This document shows positions 20,818-30,673 of a stretch of 64,000 bases of DNA, in pieces. The DNA comes from a virus. The stretch lies in IMG/VR virus record IMGVR_UViG_3300025158_000005; one strand, given 5' to 3'. The notes under the pieces were generated by a model that ran no database searches, was not told the origin of the DNA, and was given only the letters and a program-made list of their open reading frames with translations. The position numbers and the translations under genes are program-made. Position 1 is the stretch's first letter; each line of letters begins with the position of its first letter.

Positions 20818-21007
20818 ATGATAGACGATTCACTAACCGAGAAACGACAAGAAGCATTGCGACAGATTTTTGAAAAAAATTGGTAATGAAAGTTTCAATC
20901 GTAAACTACGCAAGGAACTCTTAGAAATTGAAGAAAGGGAGCAGCGTTATAAATTAGAACAAATGCTTCTTCGGGAAAAACATAGATATGATACTTACAA
21001 TATATGA
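20818..21007 (+). pseudogene. Small ORF frameshifted in an A7 run
   Basis: MIDDSLTEKRQEALRQIFEK, then a shifted frame IGNESFNRKLRKE...YNI* ending in ATGA overlap with uvsW. Confidence 0.5.
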
Positions 21008-22518
21008 CAGATAAACTAACAATAACAAAAAAGAACGAGTCCTGGTTGCACCTAGATGCAGAAGTCTGGATGCTTCAAGAATTAGACGATGCATTCAAGT
21101 TCCAAATGCCTGGGTTTCAACATACGCCACAATTCAAGAATAAGGTATGGGACGGATATGTCCATTTGATATCCGTATATAAGCAAAAAACTCACGTCGG
21201 CATCGCCCGGCAGATTATTGAATTTTGCGAATCCCGAAATTATGAGTGCGTTATGAGTGATTCTCAATATGGGCTTCCAATTGAGAAATCGTCTGTGACC
21301 GCACCAGAACTTGTTGATTTTGTAAAGTCATTGAATCTTCATTCTGATGGTAATTTAATTGAATTTAGAGATTATCAATATGAAGCAATATATCGGGCAC
21401 TCAGAAACTACAGACGACTAATTTTATCTCCGACAGGTTCAGGCAAATCAGCTCAAATCTATGCGATAGCCAGATATCTTATTGAATCTGATCTTAGAGT
21501 TTTGTTGATGGTTCCTACTGTGTCTCTTGTCAATCAAATGAAATCCGATTTCATTGATTACTCATCGAAGAATGAATGGAACGTCGAAGATAATGTTCAT
21601 GTGATATATGCTGGACAAGTTAAAAATTCAAAGAAAAGTTTTTTTATATCCACGTGGCAATCACTTCAAACAAAGTCTAATATACCAGATGAATGGTTTG
21701 CTCAGTTTGATGCGATTATTGTGGATGAAGTTCATCAAGGCAAATCAAAAGAGATTTCTAGTATTGTAGAAAAATGCATCAACGCTAAGTATAAAGTGGG
21801 TTTTACTGGATCATTGGATAGATCAAAGACCCACAAACAGATGCTCATTTCGTTGTTTGGTGAAGTTTCAAAGGTAGCATCAACAAAAGAACTTCAAGAG
21901 AGAAAACTTTTAAGCGACATAAAAATCAAGAACATAGTTTTCAAGTATTCTGCTGATACCTGTAAAACACTAAGAAAGACCGAATATGCTAAAGAAATGG
22001 ATTTTATCATTGGTCATGAGAAACGTAATAAATTTATTAGAAATCTTGCATTATCTCTATCGGGAAACACTCTTATATTATTCAATTTTATCGAAAAACA
22101 TGGGGATGTTCTGCATAGACTTATTAGCGAGTCTGCCGGCGATAGACCCGTTTACTACGTTCATGGCGGAACTCCACCAGCGGAAAGGGAATCGATACGA
22201 AATTTGATTGAGACTGGAAATGATGTTATAGTATTAGCATCATCTGGTGTGTTCTCGACCGGTGTGAACGTCAAGAGAATACACAACATCATGTTTACCA
22301 GCCCGACAAAATCCCTCATTCGAGTTATTCAGAGTATCGGTAGAGGATTGAGAATGTCCAAAGACAAGACACACGTTACCTTGTTTGATCTAGCGGATGA
22401 TTTGCGAATTGGTAAGCATGAAAATCATACGTGGGACCACTTTGAAAAAAGACTGGAAATTTACTCCAAAGAGGGATTCGAATATAGTATCATAGACATT
22501 GATTTGGAGAATAAATGA
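21004..22518 (+). CDS. uvsW: DNA helicase UvsW
   Basis: WDG, RDYQ, SPTGSGKS, DEVH and QSIGRGLR motifs. Confidence 0.96.
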   Translation: MTDKLTITKKNESWLHLDAEVWMLQELDDAFKFQMPGFQHTPQFKNKVWDGYVHLISVYKQKTHVGIARQIIEFCESRNYECVMSDSQYGLPIEKSSVTAPELVDFVKSLNLHSDGNLIEFRDYQYEAIYRALRNYRRLILSPTGSGKSAQIYAIARYLIESDLRVLLMVPTVSLVNQMKSDFIDYSSKNEWNVEDNVHVIYAGQVKNSKKSFFISTWQSLQTKSNIPDEWFAQFDAIIVDEVHQGKSKEISSIVEKCINAKYKVGFTGSLDRSKTHKQMLISLFGEVSKVASTKELQERKLLSDIKIKNIVFKYSADTCKTLRKTEYAKEMDFIIGHEKRNKFIRNLALSLSGNTLILFNFIEKHGDVLHRLISESAGDRPVYYVHGGTPPAERESIRNLIETGNDVIVLASSGVFSTGVNVKRIHNIMFTSPTKSLIRVIQSIGRGLRMSKDKTHVTLFDLADDLRIGKHENHTWDHFEKRLEIYSKEGFEYSIIDIDLENK

Positions 22519-23003
22519 ACAAGAACGAACGAGCACCAGTTATCGTAATGTTGGATAATGGAGATACCCTATTTACAGAAACTGATGGTATTGCTGATGA
22601 GAACGATTTTATGACACTATATTTGCCGCATAGGGTAACAGCAAACGAAAATCAAATACTACTAATGCAATGGGTTCCGTTCTCTGAAGATGAAGAATAT
22701 TTTGTGCATATTTCAAAGATTCTAAACGTTTGTCATATGGATGAGCAACATAAGCGGCTGTTCGGCAGCGTTGTAGCCACAAACGTCATGCGCAATTTAA
22801 AAGATCGAATCGTAACAGCAGTAAAACTAAACGTTCGTTTGAACGAAGAACTGGATATTCTTCTTAGTGATATGCTAATGTCATTACTAGAAATATCTAA
22901 TCGGTATAACATGGAGAAACCAAAACTAAAAGACATTCATAATCAGTTTTATAGTTTAGTTTCTAGCACTTTCCCGGAGCACAAATCAAATTATGTCAAC
23001 TAA
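22515..23003 (+). CDS. Conserved T4-like hypothetical protein (Sm-like N-terminus)
   Basis: V.L.NG......W.PFS.D motif; usual uvsW-gp55 position. Confidence 0.55.
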   Translation: MNKNERAPVIVMLDNGDTLFTETDGIADENDFMTLYLPHRVTANENQILLMQWVPFSEDEEYFVHISKILNVCHMDEQHKRLFGSVVATNVMRNLKDRIVTAVKLNVRLNEELDILLSDMLMSLLEISNRYNMEKPKLKDIHNQFYSLVSSTFPEHKSNYVN

Positions 23004-23153
23004 ATTATTTAGATGCTTTAGATATTTGTTGAATCCCATCAATGTCATTTCTTTTCTAACAGAGATTCTACAAATGATACGTTCTCTTTTTATTCCTGTC
23101 ATTGATTTGCGTATTTTATTTTTATGATCTTCAGTGATGTATTTATGTAACAT
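22986..23153 (-). pseudogene. Relic of a homing-endonuclease C-terminus (NUMOD3-like)
   Basis: Minus-strand TEDHKNKIRKSMTGIKRERIICR fills the otherwise empty gap before gp55. Confidence 0.5.
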
Positions 23154-23165
23154 AAGGAAATAAAC

Positions 23166-23696
23166 ATGAAAAAACAAACAAATCATTATGTTTCGAATGA
23201 TGATTTTATTATTGCACTTACCGAACGTAGAGCAATTTTAGCGAAACTTGCTCCCGATGAAGAAAAGCCTGTTATTTCTGATTATATTGCCAAGTGTATA
23301 TTCGATATTTGTAACAAGTTATCATATCGCCCAAACTTCATAGGTTATTCTTTCCGCCAAGAAATGGTTGGCGATGCACTGGAAAATTGTCTACGAGTCG
23401 TTGATAATTATGATCCCGAAATCTCAAAATACGCATTTGCTTACTTTACACAAATTGCTTGGTATGCCTTTGTTCGTAGAATTGGCACTGAACAGAAACA
23501 ATCCTACATCAAAGCAAAAATTATCGAGAGTATGCCTATCAATGAACTTATCAACACTGAAGATGGTGAGATAGGCGCCGTAATCGAAGATATGAGACAG
23601 CAATATTACTTTGACACAAAAGGTTATGAGGCAGCAAAGGCTGCGAAAAAGAAAGTGATAAAGGACTCTCTCGAAGAATTCATGGAAGAGAAATAA
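23166..23696 (+). CDS. gp55: Late-transcription sigma factor gp55
   Basis: HYVSN..F, LSYRPNF..Y..EM..D..ENC and FAYFTQI.WYAF.RRI motifs. Confidence 0.95.
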   Translation: MKKQTNHYVSNDDFIIALTERRAILAKLAPDEEKPVISDYIAKCIFDICNKLSYRPNFIGYSFRQEMVGDALENCLRVVDNYDPEISKYAFAYFTQIAWYAFVRRIGTEQKQSYIKAKIIESMPINELINTEDGEIGAVIEDMRQQYYFDTKGYEAAKAAKKKVIKDSLEEFMEEK

Positions 23697-23697
23697 C

Positions 23698-24756
23698 ATG
23701 AAAGTTATTGTATTGGGTGACGTGCATATCGGTGCAAGAAACGATAGCCAAGTATTTGCTGATTATCATATCTCATTTTTTACGGAACAGTTGTTTCCGT
23801 ACATGAAAAAGCATAAGATCAAACATATAATTCAACTAGGAGACATATTTGATCGTAGAAAGTTCGTAAACTTTGTTGTTCTAAATCAATGGAAGACAAA
23901 AGTTTTCGATTATATGCAGGCCGAGAAAATTACAATGGACGTGTTGCTAGGCAATCATGACGTGTATTTTCGGAATACGAATGATGTGAGTTCTCCTGTT
24001 CTTCTTTTGCGCGAATATTATAACATAAACGTTTTTGTTGAGCCTACCGACGTAACCATTGGCACCTCAAAATTTATGTACATCCCTTGGATAAACTCAA
24101 GCAATCTTGAGTCTACACTGGAAAAGGTGAAAGCGTCGGAAGCGATTGCCGCATTTGGTCATTTCGAGTTCGCGGGCTTTCAGATGGATAAAGGACAGAA
24201 GCATGAGGACGGTCTTTCGACTAAAGACTTCAAGAAGTTTGATTCTGTATATTCTGGGCACTTTCATCACCGCAATGATGATGGGCATGTTTTTTATGTT
24301 GGTACGCCATATCAGATCACGTGGGTCGACCATGAATCCACAAAGGGATTCCACGTATTTGGCACGTCCACACTGGAAATGACATTCATCGAAAATCCTA
24401 ATTTGTTGTTCCATCGTATGGTCTATGATGATCAACTTGACCCAGACAATCATTACAAATCGTTTGATCTTTCTGGTCTAGCAGGTAAGTATGTAAAAAT
24501 CATCGTTTCAAGCAAAACAAATCTATATGGATTCGATCAGTTGTTGTCCAAGCTGTACGCGCAAGGACCTGCGGACGTGAAGATCATCGAGAACGTCCAA
24601 GAACAGGAACAGTCCGGCGAAAAACTTGATCTTGAGAGCACCAAAGAAATTCTTGACAAAGCGGTGGACTCGCTTGATAATGTTCTAGATAAAAAAGTTC
24701 TCAAGAAAATGCTCCGCGCACTCTATACGGAAGCACAACAAATGGAAGTCGTATGA
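23698..24756 (+). CDS. gp47: Recombination endonuclease subunit gp47 (Mre11-like)
   Basis: GDVHIG, LGDIFD, GNHD and SGHFH motifs. Confidence 0.95.
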   Translation: MKVIVLGDVHIGARNDSQVFADYHISFFTEQLFPYMKKHKIKHIIQLGDIFDRRKFVNFVVLNQWKTKVFDYMQAEKITMDVLLGNHDVYFRNTNDVSSPVLLLREYYNINVFVEPTDVTIGTSKFMYIPWINSSNLESTLEKVKASEAIAAFGHFEFAGFQMDKGQKHEDGLSTKDFKKFDSVYSGHFHHRNDDGHVFYVGTPYQITWVDHESTKGFHVFGTSTLEMTFIENPNLLFHRMVYDDQLDPDNHYKSFDLSGLAGKYVKIIVSSKTNLYGFDQLLSKLYAQGPADVKIIENVQEQEQSGEKLDLESTKEILDKAVDSLDNVLDKKVLKKMLRALYTEAQQMEVV

Positions 24757-26468
24757 TCAAGTTTGGTTCAATCACACTAAAAAATTTCATGTCGGTCGGC
24801 AATTCGCCTCTCGTTATCGACTACAATCAAGCAAAGTCTGTACTTGTTACCGCAACAAATGGAACAGGAAAAAGTTCCATTATGCTAGACTCTTTGACGT
24901 TTGCTCTGTATGGTAAACCCTATCGAAACATCAATATTCCCCAGATTATAAATTCCGTAAATCAGAAGGGACTTGAGGTCGATCTTACTTTCACTGTGAA
25001 CAAGGTGAAATATCGCATTGTACGAGGCATCAAGCCTAAGAAGTTTGAAATCTACAAGAACGGCAAGTTGCTCAATCAAGACGCGGACACGCGAGACTAC
25101 CAGAAGGTGCTTGAACAAACAATCTTGAAGATGAACTATCAAACGTTCACTCAAGTGGTCATTATGGGTTCGGGCAATTATGTGCCTTTTATGAGACTAA
25201 AGGCGGCAGCAAGACGTGAGTTCATCGAAGACATTCTTGATATCAAGATTTTTTCTGTCATGAATAACTTATTGAAACAACAAGTAAAAACACACTACGA
25301 AGAACTTGACAAGATAACCACAAACATCAACTTCTTGAAAGAGAAGATCAAGATGCAGCAGTCGTTTGTGGAAAAGTTGGAGAGCGAAAAAGAGGGTAAG
25401 AAATCTGACATTGAGAAGGAAATCATTCGACTGAATGAAGAAGTTCACGCACAATTCGTAAAGATAGAAATGTTGACGTTGGGCATCAACGCAGCAGAGT
25501 TGGACGATACCGCTTTCGAACGGATAACAACCAAGAAGTCCGAATTGCTCAATATCGCAAAGCAGATCAAGACGAACATCGCAAAGCAAGACAAGGACAA
25601 AGACTTCTACGCAACCACCGATATTTGCCCCACATGTCACCAGAGCATTGAGGAACATCATCGGGAAAATTTGATCAAGAAGTCGACCAGCAAGATTGTT
25701 GAGTTCGAAGAAGGTCTAAAGGAAATCGAAGAACGCATGAAGTCGTTCAATGAGCAAATCACACGTATTAGCGAAACGCAGGATCAGATAAGAAAACTAC
25801 AAAGCGAAATCGGAACATGCAACAGTGCGATTGCTATTGCCAATTCATTGTTATCAAAACATCATCAAGAACTCGGAAACATGTTGCAGGACAACGGTTC
25901 CATCGATGATGAAAAGGAAAAGTTGAGTTCCCTAGCTAAAGATATCTTGTCGGCGTCCGAAACTAAAAAAGAACTGAAGAAACAGGAATCGTACTATGAT
26001 GCTATCTCTGGAATGCTCAAGGACACTGGCATCAAGACTAGAATCATCAAGCAATACGTACCTGTCTTGAACGGGCTGATCAAAAAATATCTTGACCTGA
26101 TGGATCTGTTTGTTTCATTTGAGTTGGATGAAAATTTCAACGAAACTGTAAAGAGTAGACACCGCGACACGTTCACCTACGAATCCTTTAGTGCGGGGGA
26201 GCAGCAACGAATAAACTTGGCTCTAATGTTTGTTTTTCGTGACGTTGCTCGTCTAAAGTCATCTGTAAATACGAACCTCTTGATCATGGATGAAATCATG
26301 GATCAGTCACTTGATCAAGCTGGCATCGATGGATTCTTGAGCATCGTTGAATCACTAAAGGACACAAATCTGTTCGTGATCAGTCATCGGGAGAACCTTG
26401 GGGATCGTTTCGATGCTAATCTAAAGCTGACAAAACATGGTAATTTTACAGTGCTTGACAATAATTAA
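24753..26468 (+). CDS. gp46: Recombination ATPase subunit gp46 (Rad50-like)
   Basis: KNFMSVGN, NGTGKS, CPTC hook, FSAGE, LIMDE and VISH motifs. Confidence 0.96.
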   Translation: MIKFGSITLKNFMSVGNSPLVIDYNQAKSVLVTATNGTGKSSIMLDSLTFALYGKPYRNINIPQIINSVNQKGLEVDLTFTVNKVKYRIVRGIKPKKFEIYKNGKLLNQDADTRDYQKVLEQTILKMNYQTFTQVVIMGSGNYVPFMRLKAAARREFIEDILDIKIFSVMNNLLKQQVKTHYEELDKITTNINFLKEKIKMQQSFVEKLESEKEGKKSDIEKEIIRLNEEVHAQFVKIEMLTLGINAAELDDTAFERITTKKSELLNIAKQIKTNIAKQDKDKDFYATTDICPTCHQSIEEHHRENLIKKSTSKIVEFEEGLKEIEERMKSFNEQITRISETQDQIRKLQSEIGTCNSAIAIANSLLSKHHQELGNMLQDNGSIDDEKEKLSSLAKDILSASETKKELKKQESYYDAISGMLKDTGIKTRIIKQYVPVLNGLIKKYLDLMDLFVSFELDENFNETVKSRHRDTFTYESFSAGEQQRINLALMFVFRDVARLKSSVNTNLLIMDEIMDQSLDQAGIDGFLSIVESLKDTNLFVISHRENLGDRFDANLKLTKHGNFTVLDNN

Positions 26469-26483
26469 CATCTTCTGTAACAT
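26455..26483 (+). promoter_or_regulatory. Early-type sigma70 promoter
   Basis: TTGACA-N17(..TG)-TAACAT. Confidence 0.6.
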
Positions 26484-26526
26484 GTAGTCATTCGCTCAAT
26501 ATTAGATTGTAAAGAGGATGACTATC

Positions 26527-26643
26527 ATGAAATCGTTCAAAGAATTCGTTGCGGAAGAAGTTGAAAATTATGAACGTTCTCCTTTCAAAGTCATGAAGAT
26601 CACAATCATGGCATCTGGTGCTCGTATCAAGGAAGTAGAATAA
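26527..26643 (+). CDS. 38-aa peptide with capsid-targeting N-terminus (MKSFKEFVAEE...)
   Basis: Below the ORF-track cutoff; RBS gagg; own promoter; IP-like start. Confidence 0.55.
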   Translation: MKSFKEFVAEEVENYERSPFKVMKITIMASGARIKEVE

Positions 26644-26647
26644 AAGT

Positions 26648-26676
26648 TTGACAATAATTCGGCACTTATGTAAGAT
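26648..26676 (+). promoter_or_regulatory. Early-type sigma70 promoter for rIIA
   Basis: TTGACA-N17(..TG)-TAAGAT; near-identical copy at 35758-35786. Confidence 0.7.
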
Positions 26677-26714
26677 GTATTACATGAGAATTACTTTTGA
26701 TATGGAGTTTTGTA

Positions 26715-28811
26715 ATGGCTAATATGCAAGTGGGTATGGGCTCGGTAGAGACTAACTTGACCAACGCGGTTGAGTTTAGTATGTCGCAAACTAATGGTAA
26801 GAAGTTGATTGCCATGCTTTCAAACTTCCTTTACACTGACAAGGAATACGCGGTTCTGTCGGAGTTGTCAGCAAACGGTGTTGATGCACACCGTATGGTC
26901 GGTAAGGAAGATGAACCTATTCGAATCACCATGCCAACACCTGTTGAGCCGGACTTGGTAATTCGTGACTATGGTCCTGGTATGTCTGAACCCGACTTGT
27001 TCAAGTTTCTGACCCAATTTGGCGAATCGTCTAAGCAAGATGACGCAAACGCCATCGGCTTTTACGGCATCGGTTCAAAGTCTGTTGCGTCTGTTTCAAG
27101 CACGTGGTCGCTCGTTTCCCATCATAATGGAAAGATGATCAAACTTGAAGTTTTCGTAAACGGGGAAGGTAGTCTCGCGCTGTCAAAAGTCTTCGAAGGT
27201 AAGACCGAAGAAAGCGGTCTTGAAGTCCGAATTCCTATCGAAAAGAATAAGTTTCATCTGTGGGAGTCCGCTGCTCATAAGGCATTCAAGCACTATCGGG
27301 TTCTTCCGAAGTTCAACAGGAATATCGGCATTGTGAAGACCAGCTATAAAAAGCAAACTGAAAAGTATGGTATTCGGTCTGACTATGTCAGCGGCATCAA
27401 CGTAATCACAACGATGCGCGAATATCCACTTGATGCGAAAAAGTTGGGCGGTTCAATCGATCAACCGTTGATTCTCAGTCTTTTCAAAAACAACATTGAC
27501 CTGTTCTTCGAAACGAGTTCCATTGACTTGGGCATTTCTCGGGAACAGATTCAATACAATACCAAGACCACAACGGCGATCATTAATCGTTTGAAGGAAA
27601 TTGGTAGTGAAATGTTGTCGGAAATCAAGGCTGCAATTTCTGTTGCTAAAAATGGCGTCGAGTATCGCAGTCTCGTAATGACTCAATGGAACAACTATCC
27701 TCATGATTTCGTCCGCGAGGCGGTAAAGGGAAATTCATACGGGGTTGTTGATCTTCCCAACGATTTTCGACGTTATTGTGTGACATGGAAACCTGGCGTA
27801 AGTCTGTCAATAGTGCATCGGGGCGAGTACAAGAACATCAACGACGCCCTCAGGAATTTCAACTGTTGGCGAACTTACGCGGTGAATGTTAGTGAATCGT
27901 TTGACCTTAATACTAACAAAGATTATCGCACACTTTCCGTTGCGATTGATCAAATCGCACGAGTCAAGGTTGTCTTGCGTGAAGGTGTTCGGGATGCTGC
28001 CGCACGTGTAAAACAAGCTTACAAAGGATCGACCGACTTTTTCGTGATCATGGAAGAAAATCTGCTTGGTCCAGAGTTTCCTGTCATAAATGCATCGTCT
28101 TTGCCTAAGGTTCCTCGTACCACAAAAAGACGCGGAACGTCTGATGATGATTATTACCTGCTTGATGGACGCATGTTTGTACGTATTACCAAGATGCAAG
28201 CAGAAGGATACACAGACAAGGTGTCATTGAACATCAGGGATGCTCGTTCTCGTGATGCTAATCCAGAATTCACGTCTACCGTCAAATTTCTACATAACCA
28301 AGGATATTATGTTATTGGTCACAAGGGCGAAGTTCTTGCTTTTGATGACCAAAAGACTGCAATGAAAAAGTTCATCGAAAACCTGAAAAATAGTCCAGCT
28401 CTTGCAGAGGATATCGAAAATGCTAAGATTAACTGGTTGGGTTCTGCTGTGCGCAACAATCGAGTGTTCGGCAATTTGACGTTTTACGACATAAAGTCAA
28501 CTAAACTTGATGAAATCCTTAAACCAGTTAAGGATATTATTTGCGTCGTAAAGGCGAAACACATTGATATTACTCGTCAATATGGTTCAACGACTGCAAT
28601 TTTGGAGACGTTAGAACAAGCATGTCGGATTTCAGGAGAAACGCTGGATGTTATTGATATCATTAATTACGAAAACATCGAAAAAATTTGCAAAGAAATC
28701 TATCCGATGTTACAATATATTGAATTTGACAGGTACGTTGGTGGGACTATTTGGACTGATCGACGCGCGCATATTCAAGAGTATGTAAATCTAATCGAAA
28801 AAGGAGTTTGA
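26715..28811 (+). CDS. rIIA: rIIA protein (GHKL ATPase N-terminus)
   Basis: LY.DK..AV..EL..N..DAH, IRDYGPG, F.ESSK, IG.YGIGSKS and SREQIQY motifs. Confidence 0.9.
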   Translation: MANMQVGMGSVETNLTNAVEFSMSQTNGKKLIAMLSNFLYTDKEYAVLSELSANGVDAHRMVGKEDEPIRITMPTPVEPDLVIRDYGPGMSEPDLFKFLTQFGESSKQDDANAIGFYGIGSKSVASVSSTWSLVSHHNGKMIKLEVFVNGEGSLALSKVFEGKTEESGLEVRIPIEKNKFHLWESAAHKAFKHYRVLPKFNRNIGIVKTSYKKQTEKYGIRSDYVSGINVITTMREYPLDAKKLGGSIDQPLILSLFKNNIDLFFETSSIDLGISREQIQYNTKTTTAIINRLKEIGSEMLSEIKAAISVAKNGVEYRSLVMTQWNNYPHDFVREAVKGNSYGVVDLPNDFRRYCVTWKPGVSLSIVHRGEYKNINDALRNFNCWRTYAVNVSESFDLNTNKDYRTLSVAIDQIARVKVVLREGVRDAAARVKQAYKGSTDFFVIMEENLLGPEFPVINASSLPKVPRTTKRRGTSDDDYYLLDGRMFVRITKMQAEGYTDKVSLNIRDARSRDANPEFTSTVKFLHNQGYYVIGHKGEVLAFDDQKTAMKKFIENLKNSPALAEDIENAKINWLGSAVRNNRVFGNLTFYDIKSTKLDEILKPVKDIICVVKAKHIDITRQYGSTTAILETLEQACRISGETLDVIDIINYENIEKICKEIYPMLQYIEFDRYVGGTIWTDRRAHIQEYVNLIEKGV

Positions 28812-28813
28812 AA

Positions 28814-30013
28814 ATGTCGTATTCTCACATTGTTACAAGCAATTATGTGTCTGTCATGAACTTGGAAACGGGCGAAGTGACGAAGTTTACAAGCGATCAT
28901 CCAAAGTTCGCTGATGCAGTAGCAGGAATCAAGTCTGGTAATTACGAAGCCGTTACTAAAATGTCTGTCGCCAAGATCATCACCGATTATGGGTCAAAGT
29001 CTGGGGACGTTATCTCCGTCGCAAATGGGGTCGTTTACTACATGATGCCGAACGGCGAAAAGACGGAATTGCATAACACTATGACCACTCGTGTCTTGGC
29101 AATGATTCATGACGGTTTTGATGCTGCTCCTCTGGTTGCTTTCATGAACAACTTGATGTCCAATCCTTCAAAGGTTGCGGTCGATGAACTGTATTTGTTC
29201 TTGGAAGAAACCGAACTTCCCATCACATCCGATGGGCATTTCATTGCCTACAAAATGGTTAACAACAATTACACTTCCATTCATGATGGCAAGTTTATGA
29301 ACGCTGTTGGAACTGTTGTTGAAATGCCTCGCAACACGGTGGATGACCGCCGTGAAAATACGTGTTCGCAAGGTCTTCACTTCTGTTCCAAGAACTATCT
29401 TGACAAGTATGGCAATGGTGATGGTGACCGACTGTTGCTGGTTAAGATCAATCCTGCGGATGTGGTGTCGATTCCTTCTGACTATAATAACGCAAAGGGT
29501 CGTGCTGCCAAGTATCTGATTTGGAAGGATATTACCGCACCTGGTTGGAAGCAAAAGTATCTGAACAAGGATTACAACGAGAAGTCTGTTGAAGTCATTG
29601 ATGCTCCTGTTGAATCCCGCAATATCGAACTAACCAATACAGAATATCGTATTCTTGATTCCATCAACAATTTTATTGTTGATTATGGATATCTTAATGA
29701 AGATGAACTTGATACAACTTTCTTGGATCTTGGACTTGACAGACTTGATCTTGTTAAATTGATCATGAATGTCGAGGAAGACCTTGGTTTTGATGCTGAT
29801 GATATTGATTGTACCGCATCTATCGGAATGACGGTATATGAACTGATCAAAAAGATTACCGAGACTTACAAAAACGTGACTGCACCTCGGGCTGCCGTAG
29901 TATGCCCATCTTGCGGTAGTGGATCGGTTCATAAGAAGGGGTTCAATTTTGACGGCACCAAGCAACGGTACAAGTGTAATCATTGTGGTCATAACTTCTA
30001 CAAGGATATTTAA
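28814..30013 (+). CDS. rIIB: rIIB protein with C-terminal ACP-like domain and Zn ribbon
   Basis: FM.NL..NPS..V.ELY.FL...LPIT.DG.FIAYK, CSQGLHFC and INPADVVSIP.DY motifs; extra DLGLDRLD..LIM.VEE and CPSC..CNHC. Confidence 0.9.
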   Translation: MSYSHIVTSNYVSVMNLETGEVTKFTSDHPKFADAVAGIKSGNYEAVTKMSVAKIITDYGSKSGDVISVANGVVYYMMPNGEKTELHNTMTTRVLAMIHDGFDAAPLVAFMNNLMSNPSKVAVDELYLFLEETELPITSDGHFIAYKMVNNNYTSIHDGKFMNAVGTVVEMPRNTVDDRRENTCSQGLHFCSKNYLDKYGNGDGDRLLLVKINPADVVSIPSDYNNAKGRAAKYLIWKDITAPGWKQKYLNKDYNEKSVEVIDAPVESRNIELTNTEYRILDSINNFIVDYGYLNEDELDTTFLDLGLDRLDLVKLIMNVEEDLGFDADDIDCTASIGMTVYELIKKITETYKNVTAPRAAVVCPSCGSGSVHKKGFNFDGTKQRYKCNHCGHNFYKDI

Positions 30014-30015
30014 AC

Positions 30016-30378
30016 ATGATTAAAATGACGCACTTCTGTGAGTATTGTGGTGAAGAATTGATTGATGGTGAATACCATATGTGTGAAGGACTTGCTGCTG
30101 GTATTGCTAAGTACGTTCGGGTTGAATTGAAAACTAACACGGCATGTAATGATCCCGTCAACCGTCCTAAGCATTACACGTCACATCCGTCTGGAGTTGA
30201 GTGTATCGACATTACGAAACATTACAACTTCCAGATTGGAAACGCCATGAAGTATCTATGGCGTCAAGGGCTGAAAGATGAGGTTGGTCTTGATTCTGTC
30301 GAAAAACAGATTCAAGATTGTGAAAAGGCAGTTTGGTACATCCAAAGTTTTATCGACGATTTGAAGAAGGAAGTATAG
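30016..30378 (+). CDS. DUF3310 / T7 gp1.7-like nucleotide kinase family protein
   Basis: DPVNRPKHYT..GVECID...NF.IGNA.KYLWR.G.K...D..KA.WY motif. Confidence 0.8.
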   Translation: MIKMTHFCEYCGEELIDGEYHMCEGLAAGIAKYVRVELKTNTACNDPVNRPKHYTSHPSGVECIDITKHYNFQIGNAMKYLWRQGLKDEVGLDSVEKQIQDCEKAVWYIQSFIDDLKKEV

Positions 30379-30379
30379 T

Positions 30380-30670
30380 ATGGCGCATACTCGTAACAAA
30401 ATGAAGCACTGGCGCAAATTGGGGAACAAGATTGTCATTGACGTTCCCAAGCTCAAGACTGAAACCAATGCAGATGGAGTTGAAACTCGCGTTACTGACG
30501 GCACGGATCAACATCGACTGACAGGTCGACAACTCAAGTCATATACGCAGAACTGGGGCAGCGTCAAGACTCCAACTGGTCTGTTGAAAGATTTGCTTTC
30601 TCGTGCCGGGTGTAGTATTATTGATGTAGATGAAGTAGTTGTGTCTGTACCAGAACCTGAAGGAGTATAA
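30380..30670 (+). CDS. Hypothetical protein
   Basis: Coupled ORF, 96 aa. Confidence 0.5.
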   Translation: MAHTRNKMKHWRKLGNKIVIDVPKLKTETNADGVETRVTDGTDQHRLTGRQLKSYTQNWGSVKTPTGLLKDLLSRAGCSIIDVDEVVVSVPEPEGV

Positions 30671-30673
30671 TAT

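Noticed and set aside
29900-30013. IS1 element at the end of rIIB
   Set aside because: Only a Zn ribbon in frame with rIIB; no InsB, inverted repeats or target duplication.
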